A DNA stretch of 37,072 nt from an uncultured Fidelibacterota bacterium (GTDB lineage: Bacteria; Fidelibacterota; Fidelibacteria; Fidelibacterales; Fidelibacteraceae): NCBI GenBank assembly GCA_937862595.1, contig CALMFL010000159.1, forward strand, positions 1-37,072, given 5' to 3'. The notes beneath the pieces are model-generated. The model worked only from the letters and a program-made list of their open reading frames with translations, ran no database searches and had not been told where the DNA came from. Shown one piece after another: positions 35,604-37,072 of this stretch (the stretch's first letter is position 1; each line of letters opens with the position of its first letter). Made by a program: the position numbers and the translations under genes.

Positions 35604-36399
35604 GGTCTTCTCTCAGGTGATACGCTTTTTTTCCGTTCGCAACGGCCTGCATTTCCGATACAATGGAAATGGCGATCTCGTGCGGCAAGCTTCCCCCGAT
35701 ATCCAGGCCGACCGGGATATGGCAGCTTTTCAGATCAGCGCCGGGGACCTCTCGCTTCAGGGCGTCCATGAGTGTCCGCCGTTTCTTGCGGGAGGATACC
35801 ATGCCGACGTATTTGGGATTCCAGTCCATGCTATAGATCCGGTTCAGGACCGCACCGTCAAAGGCGTGCTGATAGGTTGCGATGATAAAGTAACCGTCCC
35901 TGGCGACCTCCCGGCCCTCCAGCGCCTTTTCAAACGGGGCGTGGATCTTTTCGTCGGCCCCGCGCAGTTCCGCCAGAACGTCTTCGCGGTCGTCGATAAC
36001 GGTAATGTGAAAGTTCAGTTTGGAAAGATGATAGACCAGGGCGGCGCCGATGTGGCCGGCGCCGAAAATATAGACGTGTTTTTTCGCTGCGAAATACTCA
36101 AAGAAGAGCGTGGCTTTCCCGCCGCACAGCATTCCGGTATCCGTACCCGGCCCGGGTTCGTCCATGCTGTAGGTCTCGGTGGCGTTCTCGTGCGAAGCCA
36201 GGATATGCAGGGCCTTCCGGATCGCCAGTTTCTCGATCGTGCCGCCGCCCACGGTGCCCGAGACGGCGCCGCCGGGATGCACGATCATCTTGGTCCCGCT
36301 GACCGCCGGACCGGAGCCTTCTTTCTCCACGACCGTGACCAGGACGCCTTCGCGCCCGCCTTCGGCCAGTTCCAGAAGTTCGGAGTAGATGCTTTTCAC
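35596..36399 (-). CDS. xdhC: XdhC/CoxI-family molybdenum-hydroxylase accessory protein
   Basis: The N-terminal XdhC_CoxI pattern is LLELAEGGREGVLVTVVEKEGSGPAVSGTKMIV...GTVGGG. The C-terminal Rossmann is HVYIFGAGHIGAAL. It uses a GTG start (36399..36397) overlapping the upstream stop as GTGA. Confidence 0.8.
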   Translation of the reverse strand: MKSIYSELLELAEGGREGVLVTVVEKEGSGPAVSGTKMIVHPGGAVSGTVGGGTIEKLAIRKALHILASHENATETYSMDEPGPGTDTGMLCGGKATLFFEYFAAKKHVYIFGAGHIGAALVYHLSKLNFHITVIDDREDVLAELRGADEKIHAPFEKALEGREVARDGYFIIATYQHAFDGAVLNRIYSMDWNPKYVGMVSSRKKRRTLMDALKREVPGADLKSCHIPVGLDIGGSLPHEIAISIVSEMQAVANGKKAYHLREDHG

Positions 36400-36761
36400 A
36401 GAGAGCCTTCTTTCATGATGCTGATCATCCGAAGTCCCTTCAGGTGCCGTGTGGGGCAGGCCTGAAGGACGTGCTTTTTGACCGTTGCGTAATCCTCCAC
36501 CGCCGCGCCGGAAACCATGTCGATCCTAAGCTCAAAGAGGAGGGGTGTCAGGGGCGTTGAAGGACCGAGCACGATATTATAACTTTTTTTGGGCAAATGG
36601 TTTAAAATTCCGTCAAATGTGTGGTTCGTGATGCTGGTCCCCGTAATGGCGACGACATCGGCCAGGGGGAGAAATTCCGGGATATCCGCTTCGCTCAGGT
36701 CGCCCGGCCGCCTCGGCGACACGGCCGCCGTGCGGCGGCTGGTGGAAGGAGATAGCAGCAT
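36396..36761 (-). CDS. DUF364-type (putative metal-chelation Rossmann) C-terminal fragment; probably 5'-truncated, possibly a pseudogene
   Basis: LPLADVVAITGTSITNHTFDGILNHLPKKSYNIVLGPSTPLTPLLFELRIDMVSGAAVED matches the distal half of DUF364 (aDvv.iTGstl.N.T...ll......v.l.GPStpl.p.lf..g...lsG..v.d). The first Rossmann strand and the whole N-terminal domain are missing. Candidate starts are ATG 36761 or GTG 36722. The ORF-track N-terminus (to 37025) is low-complexity antisense of the AbrB gene. Confidence 0.45.
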   Translation of the reverse strand: MLLSPSTSRRTAAVSPRRPGDLSEADIPEFLPLADVVAITGTSITNHTFDGILNHLPKKSYNIVLGPSTPLTPLLFELRIDMVSGAAVEDYATVKKHVLQACPTRHLKGLRMISIMKEGSL

Positions 36762-37050
36762 GTTCCCGAAAGCAGACTGCTTCGGATCCGCAACGGTCAG
36801 CGAGAAGGGGCAGATCGTCATTCCAGCGGAAGCACGGAAGGCGCTGGGACTGAAGCCCGGCAGTAAGTTGCTCGTCTTTGGCAGACAGGAGCACGGCTCC
36901 TTGATGCTCTTCGAGATCGGACGTGTCAGCGAGTGGGTCAGCGAGGCGCTGGCGGAACTGGGTGAGCTGTCGGCGCTCGCCGAGCACGGCGCGCCGGACC
37001 GAAGACCGAAGCGCAAGCGCCCCACACCAGCAAAGGAGGGTGGCAGATGA
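36760..37050 (+). CDS. AbrB/MazE/SpoVT-family DNA-binding protein (96 aa) with a basic C-terminal tail
   Basis: The swapped-hairpin motif is TVSEKGQIVIPAEARKALGLKPGSKLLVF. An AAGGAG RBS (36746..36751) lies 8 nt before ATG 36760. The C-terminal tail is PDRRPKRKRPTPAKEGGR. The ORF-track start at 36589 is rejected because it has no RBS and is antisense to the DUF364 fragment. Confidence 0.75.
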   Translation: MFPKADCFGSATVSEKGQIVIPAEARKALGLKPGSKLLVFGRQEHGSLMLFEIGRVSEWVSEALAELGELSALAEHGAPDRRPKRKRPTPAKEGGR

Positions 37051-37072
37051 GGACCGCTGTTCTTGTGACTGC
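37047..37072 (+). CDS. Start of an unidentified gene translationally coupled to the AbrB-type gene (runs off the right edge)
   Basis: ATG 37047 overlaps the AbrB-gene TGA as ATGA. Only MRTAVLVT is visible, so no identification is possible. Confidence 0.3.

Noticed and set aside
35031-36465. 246-aa and 301-aa plus-strand ORFs (35031..35771 and 35560..36465)
   Set aside because: Both are antisense shadows of the NTPase and xdhC genes, which carry clear Walker and XdhC motifs.
36762-37025. N-terminal 88 residues of the 209-aa minus-strand ORF (36396..37025)
   Set aside because: The composition is Ser/Pro/Ala/Arg-rich and low-complexity. The region is fully antisense to an AbrB-type CDS that has a strong RBS and a canonical domain motif, and it shows no DUF4213/DUF364-like sequence.
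1-37072. tRNA, rRNA, tmRNA, transposase or integrase genes
   Set aside because: Scanning the intergenic regions by eye showed no T-arm-like GTTCGAATC-type motifs, no rRNA-like stretches, and no ORF with DDE or tyrosine/serine recombinase motifs. A covariance-model scan would be needed to exclude small ncRNAs.

Overview
This 37 kb window looks like chromosomal DNA from a mid-to-high-GC bacterium. The organism is probably an uncultivated member of the T9SS-bearing FCB-type lineages; that is an inference from one T9SS-type C-terminal sorting domain, two lamin-tail-domain (LTD) proteins and many lipoproteins. Housekeeping genes are clear from motifs: cysS, ddl, a gmhB-like phosphatase, ade, rarA, mtaD, blc, secA, nusB and htrA. 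Between them sit blocks of secreted or lipoprotein genes with no recognisable family. I saw no rRNA, tRNA, CRISPR array, transposase, integrase or recognisable defence gene. Five things stand out. (1) A tightly coupled minus-strand operon (32246-36761) has DUF364 remnant, XdhC, THEP1-like NTPase, a long TrpB/CysK-fold PLP enzyme and an 8-oxoguanine-deaminase-like amidohydrolase, with no hydroxylase structural gene in view. Its 5' end collides head-to-head with an AbrB-type gene. (2) A nested repeat in the blc/secA convergent spacer consists of three arrays of contiguous 7-bp ACGTYTY iterons. (3) An AT-rich ABC-transporter/YtrA-type GntR cassette has a near-consensus promoter overlapped by a perfect 9-bp inverted repeat. 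(4) A 22-nt perfect palindrome occurs twice around cysS, with a compensatory arm change between copies. (5) A run of three orphan lipoproteins precedes a CotH-LTD-T9SS protein. All family calls rest on motif recognition by eye; no searches were run.
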